A stretch of 64,000 nucleotides of DNA from Phaeosaccion multiseriatum. Lineage: Eukaryota > Protista > Ochrophyta, other classes. The DNA lies in contig OZ218951.1 in assembly GCA_965112735.1 (NCBI GenBank), forward strand, positions 5,766,001 to 5,830,000, written 5' to 3'. The notes under the pieces are model-generated. The model was not told where the DNA came from. It made no database searches and saw only the letters and a program-made list of their open reading frames with translations. The position numbers and the translations under genes were made by a program. Positions 27,154 through 42,500 of this stretch are shown piece after piece. Position 1 is the stretch's first letter. The number at the start of each line of letters is the position of its first letter.

Positions 27154-30100
27154 CAGAAGATGCGAGGCGTGCGGTGGGAGGAGCCGGTCCTGACACCGGT
27201 ACCTGGCCTGGAGCCGGTGCCGGCGGCTATCGGTTCCGCCCCGCCCCCTCCCACCCCTCCGCCATGCTCCCTGTCTGCAACCCAAGACTCTGGCCCCGCT
27301 ACGCCCGCCACACCTGCCGCCGGTGCCGACAACAGCGCAGCAGCCCCTCCGATCCCTGCCCCTGCCCCTCTCCCTCCTGTGCTCAGCGCCCCCACCGTGG
27401 TCATGGGCACGACGGCGCCTGAGCCTCCTGAGCCTGTTGTCACACCTCGTCTCGGAAGCCCTCCTCTGTGACTTGCTCCTCTCCCCAGGCTGTGCGCGGA
27501 ACACTGACCCCTTTTGTTGTTGACCATCCAAGGCAGCGCGTCTCTCTCCCCTCCGCCCCGTCCGCCCTGTTCGTCAACTGCCATCGCAGCAGGACCGCCC
27601 GTGTTCAGTCCACTGAAGCCCTCCCTGGCATGTTGCTGCTCCTTGTCCTTGGTGAGCCTGGCCCAGTGCGAGTCTCTGGGCGGCTCGACTCCGTCTCTCG
27701 CCATCCGTTGCCTTCTCCTGCTGACGAGGAAACTGCCCACGCTTCTGCTGGCCCCGAGTGGAGCCGGATGCTGCCTTTGACTGCCTTCCCTCGGTCCGTA
27801 GCAGCCCTCCGCGCCAGCCACACTCGAAGCACTCGAGGAGCGAGCCAACGATATACCCCCCCCTGGGGCACCTGTCCTGCCACTGCGCTTGGAGCGCTTG
27901 GCCTTGGCTTTGAGCCTCACCGCCCCCGGGGGACCGTGTCTCTTTCCCCCCGGGGACGCGCGTTTTCTCGCCCCGCCGACCGCAGGGACTCCTCCTCCAG
28001 TGTTCGCCAAATGATGATGATGATGATGATGAGGACCCTTCTGCTCCTTTCTCCGTACCGTGGCAAGACCCACTCCCTGCTTCGTCCGTCTCCAAGAAGA
28101 GGAGGACGCGGATACAAGGGAGGAGGATGACAGGGAGGAGGACAGCCGCGGCATCACCAGCCCCCTCCACCTCGAGGAAGACGAGCAACAAGACGACGCG
28201 GCCGACGACGCTGCTGCGGACGAAGCCTGCCTTCTCCCCGCCTCATAAGCCTCTGCCTCAGCGCCCCTCTTGCCCGTCCATGTGCGCCGCTCTGGAGCCG
28301 TTCGCCGCACAAGCTGCTCACTCCCCGGGGGAGGAGGGGGCTCTTCCTCCCCCTGACTCACGTTGTGCCTTTGCTTCCGGAGCTGGGCAGCCTTGTTGTA
28401 ACGGCTGGCGGTTGCGGTGGCAAGCCGACGCATACTCGCCAACTGCTGCCGCTGCATAGCCGACAGCTGCTGCCCTGACTGTCCTCCTCTTGCTCCTCCT
28501 CCTCCTCCTCCTCCTCCTCCTCGTCCTCCCCCTCGTCGACTACCTGCGGTAAAGCCGCTGCTCGTCCAGGCGCCGCTTCCTCTGACAGGCGACTCGCCAG
28601 CTGTGAGCAAGCTGTTGCCAGCTGTGAGCAAGCTGTTGCCAGCGGTGAGCAAGCTGTCGCCGTCGAAGTTGGCACCACCTCCTGAAGCACCAACTGCTTC
28701 CCCTGCCCACAAGTTCCCCTGCTCGGGAGGAGTGCAAGCAGGGTCGCCATCTGCATCAGCGCCCCCCCCCCCCCCATCACCACCACCAGCACCAACAGCA
28801 CCGGCACTAGCGTCCTCCTCCCCCACCCCTTCCTCCAGGCCCGTGAGGAAGAACGACGACGACGACGGCACAGAGGAGGACCAACATGATCCCCCCCCCC
28901 CCCAGCCCCAGCCCTGTGGCCCGGTCAGCCTTGAGCCCCGCCTGCCAGGCTTGCTCGTCCAGCCTCCTCTGCCTACGAGCGGTGGCGGGGTCTGCGGAGA
29001 TTGCCCAGCCCAAATCACTCTTCATGCTGCTCGCACGCATCACACGTCGTGTGCGTGTGCGTGTGCGTGTGCGTGTGCGTGTGCGTGTGCATGGGCGAGT
29101 GTCCGTGTGTGCGTGAGTGCCGCCCTTGCTCCTACCGTTTTCGTTCCCCCTGCTTCTGCCCAAGCTTGAGCCCGTGCTCCTGCCGTCCCTGCTTCTCCTG
29201 CCCATGCTGCTCTTGCTCTCCTCATGGAACACCCCCCCCCTTGGCTGGCCTTGCTGCTGCTGTTGCCGTTGCTCATCCTCGTTCTCTAGAAGCTCTCTTG
29301 CCCTCCCCTTCCTTGCCCTGCTCCCCCCCTCCCCCAGGCTCACTGTGCTCCTCGCTCGTGCCCCTGGCCCGGCACTTCGGTCGCCGTGGCACCCCCCCAG
29401 ACCTAAACTGTCACTGCTGACGCTGGTGGTCCAGGCTCGCAGCGAGGTGGTGTGTTGCTTGGCCAGCGCCGCCGAATCGAAGTCCGCCGTCTCGTCCTGC
29501 TTGCTTCTCAACCAGGCCTCCGAGCCCGGACCAAGCTTCGTCTCGCCTCCCCCTCCGCCTCGGCTCCAGACTGATTGGCTGTACCCCCCCGCCAGCCCGT
29601 CGCCCACTTCATGCCACTGCTTCCCCCCCCCCCCCCACTCCTCCTCCTCGTCGTCCTCCTCCTCCGCCTCCTCCTCCTCCTCCTCCTCCCTCTGCTGGAG
29701 CTGTCTTGCGAGGAGGAGGGCCCTGTGGCTCCTCTCCGTCTCTCTGCGCCTTGCCGCTTGTCGGAGGGTATCCCGCTTGGCCTCCCACTTCTTCGCCTCC
29801 TTCAGCATGGTTCGGAGCTCCCCTCGTCGCTCGGCATGCCCACTTGGCGGACCCACGGGATGGACCGCGCTCCACTTGGAAGAATCCGTCTTGGGGCGGC
29901 GAGGGGCCGCGCCGGAGGGAGGCCTGTTGAGCACTGGCGTGGCTTTCTTCCCCTCCTGATCCCTCTCTCCATCCTCCCCCTTCTCCGCCTCCGCCTCCTC
30001 CTCTCTCTTCTCCTCCTTTTCCTCCTCCCCCCACCCCTCCTCCTCCTCCTCCTCCTCCTCCTCCTCCTCCTCCTCCTCCTCCTCCTCCTCCTCCTCCTCC

Positions 30101-31053
30101 TCCTCCTCCTCCTCCTCCTCCTCCTCCTCCTTTTCCAGGGAGTAGCTGCCGGAGATGGGGGCCATCCTTGCCCTACCATGGGCCCTACCCAACACCTCTC
30201 GCGTGAGGGCGAGAGGCGACACGTCCCCGAGTGCTTCCTCCTTGTCGCGTTGACTCAGGTGACCCATGTACTGGTGCAACACCGGACCGTTGCCAACGTG
30301 CAACTCGAGCGACTTGGTATCCACTCGGCCCCTGCCGGCGGATGTAGGGAGCAAGTCCACCAGCCCCCCTCCCTCCTTCTCGACGCTGCCGCTGCTGCTG
30401 ATGCTTCTGCTGTCCCCCTCTCCTCCATCTTGCTCCTGCGCTAGTCGAGCACCACTCATGTCCACGATCTTCCCACTACTGCTCCGGGTGGGTTTGGTCA
30501 GCCTCTCCAGCGCCGAGAGCGGGTCGGCGAGCCTTGCCAGCGTCCCTCTCTTGACCTTCCCCACTGGCCGCGGTTCTGTGCTGTACCGGTCCTTCAGGGC
30601 GGACATGTGCGCCTGCCCATTGCGACAGGCCAGCGGAAGTCTCGGAGAAGTAGAATACCCGCTCTCCTCTCCTGGATGCTGCTGCGGCTTCGGACGCCTC
30701 TGCGTGGTCCAGGCTTCACTCGACTTGCCCACAGTACTGCCGGTGCTGGTCTCGTCCACGTCCATCCACTGTCCCAAGCCGTCCTGTGTGAGTTTCGAAC
30801 CGTAGCTTTTGTTGTCCTGGTCCTCAGGCGCTCGGCCCTGAGCCTTGCCATTGTAGAGCAGGTCCAGAAGTGTCTCCTCCTGCGCCGCTCCCTTCCGCGG
30901 CGTGCGATTCCTCTGCTGTGGGCCGTCTTTTTTCTCCTCCTCCCCCCGCCGCTGCCTGGCGAGCTGTACATTCTCCTCCACGACAGTGCCGCACACGGGG
31001 CAGCTCTCTTGGTCAGTCACAAAGGTGCACAGCCCGCACGCTGTCCCCTTCAT
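27153..31053 (-). CDS. Large low-complexity protein with N-terminal CxxC-CxxC (RanBP2-like) Zn finger; apparent frameshift at a poly-C run
   Basis: MKGTACGLCTFVTDQESCPVCG start. ORFs 28807-31053 and 27153-29018 overlap across the C homopolymer at about 28890-28902; possible small intron around 29030-29135. Confidence 0.5.
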
Positions 31054-31169
31054 GGAGTTGTACTACGGGAAAAAAAGAGAAACATGGACCTCTGTTTGTA
31101 ACCCTCAGCCGCCGCCGGACTTCAGCAGCCAGGGAGCTGTAGATCCTTTATCAATTCGCCACAGCGCGC

Positions 31170-34364
<3,195 letters not shown>

Positions 34365-34709
34365 AGTGTGATGGTGGTGGTGAGTGACGGCCTGCTTGCC
34401 CTGTACTGAAATTGAAATTGGTCGATTGAAATACAAAATACAATTAATTACGCGCGACAATTGCCCGCGGGGAGGGCATTCAGCTCCCCTCCGGAAGCAG
34501 GCAGAATGAAAAGTACTGCCCGAAAGAGAAGACACTACTTGGGGCGTATCACTGTGCGAGAGATGAAATCTGCTTGGACCATGAGCCTCGAATGAGCCGT
34601 GAGGGGGTGGTGCCTGCCATTCTGTGGTGCCTGCCATTCTACTCTGGATGGGGACGGGTCAGTGTGTGCGTAGCTTCGCTTCCTGCTGGCTTGGAGGCAG
34701 CAGGTGGGG

Positions 34710-35963
34710 CTACACTACGCAGGCTGCTGCTGCTGCTGCTGCTGCTGCTTCTTCCAGCCCACTCCCTCCCCCCCCAGCGTGCTTTCTTTGGTCCCCAAAC
34801 CGCTGCTGCCCCAGCCGCTGCCCCCGGCCTCGCCCCCCCCCCCCCTGCTGCTGCTGCTGCTGCTGAGTCGAAGATGCGTTGCTGGGCAGCATGCCCGTGC
34901 TGCCCGTGGCCACCCCCGCCTCGATCTCGCGAAGGTCCGAGATGCGTTCGTAAATGAGCGTGAGGCACCTTCCCAGGGCCTGCAAACGGTGCTCGTCCTT
35001 GGTGTGCGTGAGTGTGCGCTTGGTACGCATGGTGCGAGTGCAGCGCGTGTGCAGGTTCTGAATGGCGAGCACCACCTGCCCGCACTCGCGCGTGATGCCC
35101 TTGACCCGCTCGGCCTCCTTCTCGCTCTCGTGGTTGGCGCGGATGACAGCGCTGCGGATCTGCTCCAACTCTCGCTGCCGCTCGTTGAGCTCCGAGTTGC
35201 GCACGAGCAGCTCGTTCTGGCCGCTCCTCCGATACTGCTGCATCTCGGACCGCTTGCGCTCAATGTCGTCGTCGCTGTTCCTGCACAGCGCCACAAGGTC
35301 TCTGTTGGCATCCTTTAGTGTCTGGAAGCGATTCACGAGGTCCCCCACCTCGTCCCACTCCTGCTCCGAGCACGTAATGGTGTCCAGCAGGTAGTCCTGG
35401 AAGCACTTGAGGCGGTCTGTCCGCTCCTTCAGCGCCTCCTCCTCATCCCTGGCCTTGTGCAGCTCCTGCTTGAGCCGACTCAGCTCCGCGTCCTTCTGCT
35501 CGAGCAGCCGCCTCTCCTGCTTTGCCTTGGCCTCTGCGCGGGCCCGCTTGCCGTCATTCTCCTGAATAAACTTTTCGAAGCGCAGAACCTGGTCCTTCAT
35601 GTCCTTCTGGCGCATCTCGAACTCCCTCTGGCGCTGCTCGCACTTCTCCAGCCTGCCCTTGTACTCCTGTTTCATCAAGTCCAGGGCGTCGTCCACTTCC
35701 CGCATCTCCTTCCTCTTCTTGAGCAGCAGCGTGGATTGCGTGGTCTGGCATACACCCGCTACCATAGTCGCCAGCTCCTCCTCCCCGCCTAAGAAGGCGT
35801 CCCCTTGATCCTCCTCCTCCTCTTGCTGCGGCTGCCTCTGCGACTGCCCATACCTACTCGGCCTAGTGGAGGGACTCTGCGCTCCGTCCTGGGTAACGAA
35901 GACCCCTTGCCCTTCCGCTCCATTCCCTGCCCCTCTTCGTGCGTCCTCGTTGTATGAAGTCAT
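34710..35963 (-). CDS. Cilia/flagella-associated coiled-coil protein CFAP73/CCDC42 family (DUF4200), intronless
   Basis: TLLLKKRKEMREVDDAL...VLRFEKFIQENDGKRARA...LVNRFQTLKDAN...GQVVLAIQNL matches the CCDC42/CFAP73 pattern. Confidence 0.85.
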   Translation of the reverse strand: MTSYNEDARRGAGNGAEGQGVFVTQDGAQSPSTRPSRYGQSQRQPQQEEEEDQGDAFLGGEEELATMVAGVCQTTQSTLLLKKRKEMREVDDALDLMKQEYKGRLEKCEQRQREFEMRQKDMKDQVLRFEKFIQENDGKRARAEAKAKQERRLLEQKDAELSRLKQELHKARDEEEALKERTDRLKCFQDYLLDTITCSEQEWDEVGDLVNRFQTLKDANRDLVALCRNSDDDIERKRSEMQQYRRSGQNELLVRNSELNERQRELEQIRSAVIRANHESEKEAERVKGITRECGQVVLAIQNLHTRCTRTMRTKRTLTHTKDEHRLQALGRCLTLIYERISDLREIEAGVATGSTGMLPSNASSTQQQQQQQGGGGRGRGQRLGQQRFGDQRKHAGGGGSGLEEAAAAAAAAACVV

Positions 35964-36439
35964 TGCGCCTCCGCGACCCAGCCAATCTCCTACCCTTCTC
36001 CCCTCCTCCCCTTCTCCCAAACCCTTCTCCCTCTTGTTGCCTTCAACTCACTTCAGCCCAATGGCACGACGAAAGGACAAATTCCATCCATGTCTTGCAG
36101 CACCCTTCGCGGTGGTGTGACTCTGCGATTAGGATAGAATGATGCTGCAAAACCTGGGGGAAGTTCGGCCACCAGGCAACAATCGATCATCATACGGTTT
36201 CGTTTCGTCGTCGGAAAAAAAAAAGGTTTGTTTGTTTGTGAGAAAGACACGCACAAATCTCTCCACCCCTCGCTACAGAAGTACAGAAGGGGCAACTCGC
36301 TGCTATTAGCGGGGCCTGCAGGAGGAGGCTGCGGCAGGTGGCAGATCGTCTAGAGGAAGAGGAAGAGGAGAGCTGTGAGGAGGACGCCCCGGAGATAATA
36401 GACGAAATAACGCAGCAGCGCAGCACGGTGAGATTGATC

Positions 36440-38617
36440 ATGACGCGGCGGAGACAGCGACCCGGCGCTGCCGCTGCAGCAGCCCTAGTACAGACTTGCC
36501 TGGCGCTGGTACTCTCCGCTGTCGGAGCTGCGCCGCTGCGGGAGGACTCCTCTGTGGGGCTCCACTCGCCCTGGACTGGAGCAGCTGGAGCAGCAGATGC
36601 ACCCTGGAAGGCTGTGGAGGTACCCGCCGAGGTGAGAAGATATAGGCCTGGCGGTGAAAGAGTGCATCGCTGGAGTCTCTGCACTCCTCCCAGCAGCTAT
36701 CTCCTCCCTCCTCCCTCATCCCTCCCCTCCTCTCGCACCGCACCGCACTCTCGCGTCTAGAATCAAGCCGTCATGATCAAAACAGGCTCCAACCAGTCGA
36801 GGATAGTGGAATAAGCCCATCCACACGTGCACCCCCCCCTCCCCTCCTCTTTCCCTCACTATTCTCTCTGCCCACTGAAGTGTCTCTCCTGTCGCACCCC
36901 CCTACCTCCCCTGGCAGTCACCCGAGCCGGAGGAGCTTGCAGGGGAGGCCTCTAGCACGAAGAACCGCCTCCGTGGGGCTACCAGCGGTCGGAGAACTCT
37001 TCTGGCCGACACTCCCGCGCCTACACCGGCCCCCACACCGGCCCCCACACCGGCCCCCACCCCGGCGCCCACCGATGCTCCTACGGCTGCACCAACAGCC
37101 GCTCCTGTGGCGCCGGACGCACTCGGCAGCTGCTGCGACGAGAGCTTGTTCACTGCGAACAACCAGGCCTACTTGGACAGTAACGGCAAGGAGCTGTACT
37201 GCGAGTCTGCGTGCCTCACCGAGAGCCCTATGTGAGTCGGGCTTCGTCATTCATGTAGTTGTGCAGGCAGATGGGAGCGAAGGGAGGGGCAATGGCGAAG
37301 GAAGGAAGGCAGTCACGAGGCCGCCCTTCCCTGTGTGCTGTCCTCTCACTCCTGTCCGTGTCCTCTTTTCCCCTTCCTTCCTATCAGTAACTGCGACATG
37401 TTCGGCATTGGGCAGGAGTGCAGGGGCTGCTTCACGGTCCAAGGCGCCGCAGAGGCCCTTGCCACGGGCACCTTCCCCGCTGAAGAGATCAACATTTGCC
37501 CTGGGACAGCGACAGCCGACGCAACAGCAGCTCCAACAGCTGCCCAAACAACAGCTCCGACAGCAGCTCCGACAGCAGCTCCGACAGCAGCTCCGACAGC
37601 ATCACCAACACTAGCCCCAACAGCCGCTCCGACAGCATCGCCAACCGTGGCCCCAACTCTAGGCGAGTGCACGACTGCCAGCGACTGCTCCGTCCTGGCC
37701 TCTCCTCTGGTCCTGCAGGAGCTCGGCGTGTATGGGAAGGAACTGACCTGCGACCCGACTTGCTCCGACAACAACCCAACCTATGGGGGCATGTAAGTCA
37801 AGGGAAAAGCGCGGCCTGACACCTCGTACTAAGCGGTCTGACTCGAGTGCCATCGACGTTGTTAAGTCTGTTTCAATCGGTAGTTACCTTAGTTACCTAC
37901 CTCCCTACCTCCCTGCCAACCTCCTTCCCACTTACCTGGCTCTGACTGCGCTCTTCCCTTCTTGCCTTGCCTCCCCATCTCCACTGCCACCCGCCCCCCC
38001 CCCCCCACCCTCGCAGCCTGTGCAACTACGCCGGTCTGGGCCAGAACTGCCGCGCCTGTCTCACTGCGAAAGGCCTCCGCCTCCACCTCGCCCTCAACCC
38101 GACTCACTCGGCCGACAGCCTGCCTCTGTGCGAGGAGGAGGATGCAGAGGATGGCAGCGGGGAGGAGGAGGAGGAGGAGGAGGAGGAGAGCAGTGGAGGG
38201 GAGGCGGGGGAAGAGAGCAGTGGAGGGGAGGAGGGGCAGGGGGATGAGGAGAGTGGGACAGGAGCTCCGTCGAATGGCGACGCTTCGAATTCGACGCCGA
38301 CGCCCGCCCCCTCCTCTCACGAGGCCGACGACCAGTCTGCCACGCACGCCCCCGCCCAAGTAGAGGAGGAGGAGAGCGACGCTCAGGGCGAGGAGGACTC
38401 AACAGGAGAGGCGGAGGGCGGGGGGGCGACGCGAGCAGTGTCGCCTTTCTCTCCCTCGTCTTCCTCTTCCTCCTCTTCCTCTAGCCTCCCAGCGATGGCA
38501 GCTGGAGGGGTGGCAGGGGTGGCAGCGGTGGCGGTGGTGGGCTTCCTTGCGATACGGAGGAGGTCGCGTGGCAGAGGAACTACGCCAGGGGCGGTACTGG
38601 ACGAGCTCGGCCTTTGA
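36440..38617 (+). CDS. Type I membrane Cys-rich protein with two Cys repeats, TPAP/TAAP mucin-like linkers and acidic stalk
   Basis: Signal peptide LVQTCLALVLSAVGA. Exons from about 36918, 37388 and 38018 splice in frame. Repeats GKELYCESAC..INCDMFGIGQECRGCF and GKELTCDPTC..ILCNYAGLGQNCRACL; TM AGGVAGVAAVAVVGFLAI-RRR. Confidence 0.75.
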
Positions 38618-39523
38618 TCTCTCGACAGGGACGTCGCGGGTCTCCGAGGCGAAGTGCCGAGGTGGAAGAGGGGAGGGGTGCATCAGAAAATGAAGCATAG
38701 TCCAGTTGAGTGTAGAGTGTGGCCTAAAAGGAAAGCGTTGGGATCGTAGTAGGTAATGCCACCACCCAATCACACCACTTCACACTTCGCCACTCTGCTG
38801 AGAGGATGGACAAGTCATTCGTGCATAGCGTTTGTAGGATTAGCAAGGATTCTTCGCGATTTATTAATTTTATTACTTCAATTTCTCTTTTGTTCTTTCT
38901 TGACCGCCGTAACTGACCAGCTGCCTTACGACATACCTTACTGTACCTCCCTCCTACTGCCTACCCTGCGCTGCCTGCCTTCTACCGCCTGCCTTTTCAC
39001 GGCCTGAAGGATTTGGTTCAGCCCCACGCCTTTCGGATCTTCCGGGTTGTCTAAAGTCGTCGACAAGCTACTTGCTGATGGCCAAGCTAAAGCAGAGCAC
39101 AGCTGATGTAAGTCGCTAGGCATGGCAGACGACAGGGACTTCCTGCTGAGGCCTGATGCCTAATCCTTTTCGATAGAGCTGGAGTTATGACGTTCTACTC
39201 TAGTGTGCTCTCTTCCGACTTGGAGGAACCCGCTAGCTGTGGATTGTCGCGTTGCGATATCCTCCTGTGGAAGCAGTGACGAGCTAAAGTTGTGTTTTTT
39301 AAATTAAAACGACTGATACTCTGCAGTTCTAAGCAAAGAGGAAAAGAAAGACGGAAGGAAGGAAGGAAGGAAGGAAGGGAGGGAGGGGCAGGCGTAACGA
39401 GCCCATCAACTCTGAAACCTCGACATTGATGTCGGTCACCTCGACATCGGCCTCGATATTTCATTGTGTCGATGTCTATAGCAACACAACCTCTCTACTG
39501 CGTCTCCTTTCCATGAAGCAATC

Positions 39524-42500
39524 TCACTCGGAGGATGGCGTCTCGGTCTCCCAGGCGCTGTCCAAACGGGCCACAAAGTCCGTTCCCCAGGGCCCGTCCA
39601 CGACGTAGTCTTCATCCTTGGAGGAGGACAGGATCAGGTCACGATCTCTCATAATGGGTTGGCCTTCGGTGTCCAGCCTCAGGCTCTGAGTCTCTCCCAT
39701 AACCCCGCTCCAGCGCTCAACTCCAATGTCATTCGGCCTGTTTATGAAGCCAACGTCGAGCACGTGCGCGGAGCACCGCTCAATCTCCTGGCGGTAATCC
39801 ACCATGAAGGAGTAAGTCTCTGTGAGAACAAGGACGCTCGCCCACGACCCGGGCGAGGTGAAGAGGTCTCTCTCGATGCGCTTTGCCGCGATCCACTCCT
39901 CACAGAGAGCTCTGTCCTCCGCCTTGTACAGCAGGGCCTCCACGGCCAGCAGAGCCGCAAGGTCGTCATCCACTGCCATCTCCGAAAGACGGCGACGAGG
40001 AGTGTTGTCGGACCTCTGGGCCTCCTCAAGCTCGTCCATCATTTGGAGGTCGCGCTTAACCTGGCAAGGGCCGTAAGCGTTGAAGGCCATGACAGTGACG
40101 CCGTTGGCCATGCGGTAAAGCCCCGGCTTGGTGACTTGTTTCTCCTCCATGACGACTTGCAGGGAGCCGTAGCCCAGGATTTGCTCGGCGCGTGGGCTGA
40201 ATTCCTCCCCTTCAATGTAGTCAGGGTTGTATTTCTCCACGTCGATAACCTCTACCAGCACTCTGGACGAGCTCCTGTCGTCCCCGTCGCGGGGAGTGAA
40301 CGTAAAGGCCGATGCGGTGATGTACGTCTGCGTGCGTGCGTACGTTGGGTGGGCGCGTGTGTGCAAAGGCAAGCCAGGGGATACAGGGCTCACGTGTCAA
40401 ACATGGACAAGAGAGAAAACACACACACTGGTCCAGAAGGGCACGACCATCCAAAGGCCACACAATTCTTCATTTCGCATGACTAGCTAGCAACCAGCAC
40501 GTCAGGCTTGCGAGAGACGAACAGACGTCCACGCGCAGCAGCAGCCTCGCAACGTGGGCTCACTCCACCCCCCTTCGTTATCTGTCAGTGTCTTTGGTAG
40601 TACAGTTGGTCAGATTTGAACTCTCCCCATCCCGCATATCTTGTCTTCTCTCACCGGCTGCGCGCCGTTCTCACAGGTGGGGAAGACTGCGAGTCTCCAG
40701 TTCCACTGCAGGTGCCTCTCCGCCAAGGCAGCGTACCAGGCGTTGTGGGCTCCCTTGAAGAGGAAGATTTGCTGCTTGAAGCCGAACACCATGGGGTCTC
40801 CTTGCACCAGACCATCTTAACACACCAGACACCGTCCATCGAGGCAGAGAATCAGGGAGAGAGAGAGAAGAGGGAGAGAGAGAAAATGCACACACACCAG
40901 ATGAGAGAGGGAGGGAGCAAGTGAGTAGCAGCGTGAGAGCGCGCTTAAAACTCTTGGTGGCGGGGCGCACGGCATGGAAGCCCTCGGAGAGAGGGCAGCG
41001 ATCAGACAGACAGACCCCAACAAGGAGCCCCTCGTGCAGCAGCAGCCGCAGCAGTAGCAGCAGCAGTTGGTGATGCACAGCAACCACTGGCTGGCAGAGC
41101 TTTCCACGACATGGCCGACGCCAAGCGGTACAAGTGGAACAAAGAGGTGGGACTTCAAATCGGGGGCGAGCAACCAAGGACTGTGGAGAGGGTGGGGCTC
41201 CCTCCCCCACGTGGCCTCCCCGTTTCCCGAGCGGCTGGATTACTCTCTGCGTCCAATCTTGCTCCCATCCACCCTCCCACTCGTTCACGCACCTGCGACC
41301 AACGACAGACCAAGGGTGGAGGTACCAGCCTGCAACCGTCGCCCAGCACCAGAAACTTCGGAAAGGGTCACTCGAATTATGTACACCTCGCCCGTGGTGA
41401 CACGCAAGTTTGATACCCGCTGTCCCCCCATGCACGAGGCATCGCCACCACTCTCGGCCACACCGGGCATGCAAGAGCGGCTGCCATCCTCAGACACACT
41501 GAAGACAGCGAGTTGAGTGTTGCCACCGGTACTATCACAGGTGTCCGCAGTGAGCGCTCCCACGACGGGGGCAGTGAAACGGTAAGTCAGTGTAGGTTGG
41601 TTCTGGCCGCCGCTTGCAGGAACACACGCATCATTATCCGAGCGGGGCGCACTGGCAAAGCTTCCGTCCACTGTCCTTGTATAATCACCGTCAGTGAGCA
41701 ACAGCTCTACGTCATACACTACAGAGAGGAAGGCCCAGAGAGAAGAGAGAGAAGAGGAGCACACAGGAGCAGGAGGAGGAGGTGGAGGGTTGCTTGTGAG
41801 AATGGGTGATGCTATGACAGGCACGTGCCCCGCCCATCCCTTACCATCATCACAAGCATCTCCTTCTCCGTCTTCATCCGAGTCTTCTTGTCCCGCGTTG
41901 GCATCCGAGCGGCAACTGTACGGAGCACACGGAGGGAGGCAACACAGGGCAGGCAGTCGTGGTCGAAACGCAAGGCACAGCCATCAGTTTCGTCTCGAGT
42001 GGCTGGAGAAGCGGGTACGATGGCTGTCTGTGTCAAAAACGAATCAAAAGGCTACGAAGGTGGAGTCGCACATTCATCTCACGGGAGCATTGGCTGCGCA
42101 CAACAGAGAACGAGAGGCGCTAAGAGGCAGCGCACGCAAGCACGCACAAACGTAATGAGCAGGGGCTGAGACAGACGAGACAACGAGATGTGCGCTGCAC
42201 TGACACACAGAGATGAAACAAGAAGCGCTCAGGCCCCCCTCCAGTCGGTCCATACTTTCTATACAGTGTATCACTCACTTGTCAACATTGTCCACAATGC
42301 CGTCCCCGTCAGCGTCTGCCTCAGGAGGGTCGCCACCGCCGCACGAGACGCAAGGGTAGGAGGGGTTGGGAGAAGCATATAGTCAGAAAGAAAGGCAAGT
42401 GAGTGGACAGTGACGACAAGAGAATCCGAGGTCCTGCTCATTGGCTGTGTGATGAAAAGGCAGCGAGTCGAATGCCGGGGAGCGACGAGATGACGAGAAG

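Noticed and set aside
38760-39520. Lower-GC intergenic stretch as a transposon remnant
   Set aside because: No recognisable transposase, RT motif, TIR or LTR could be identified by eye.
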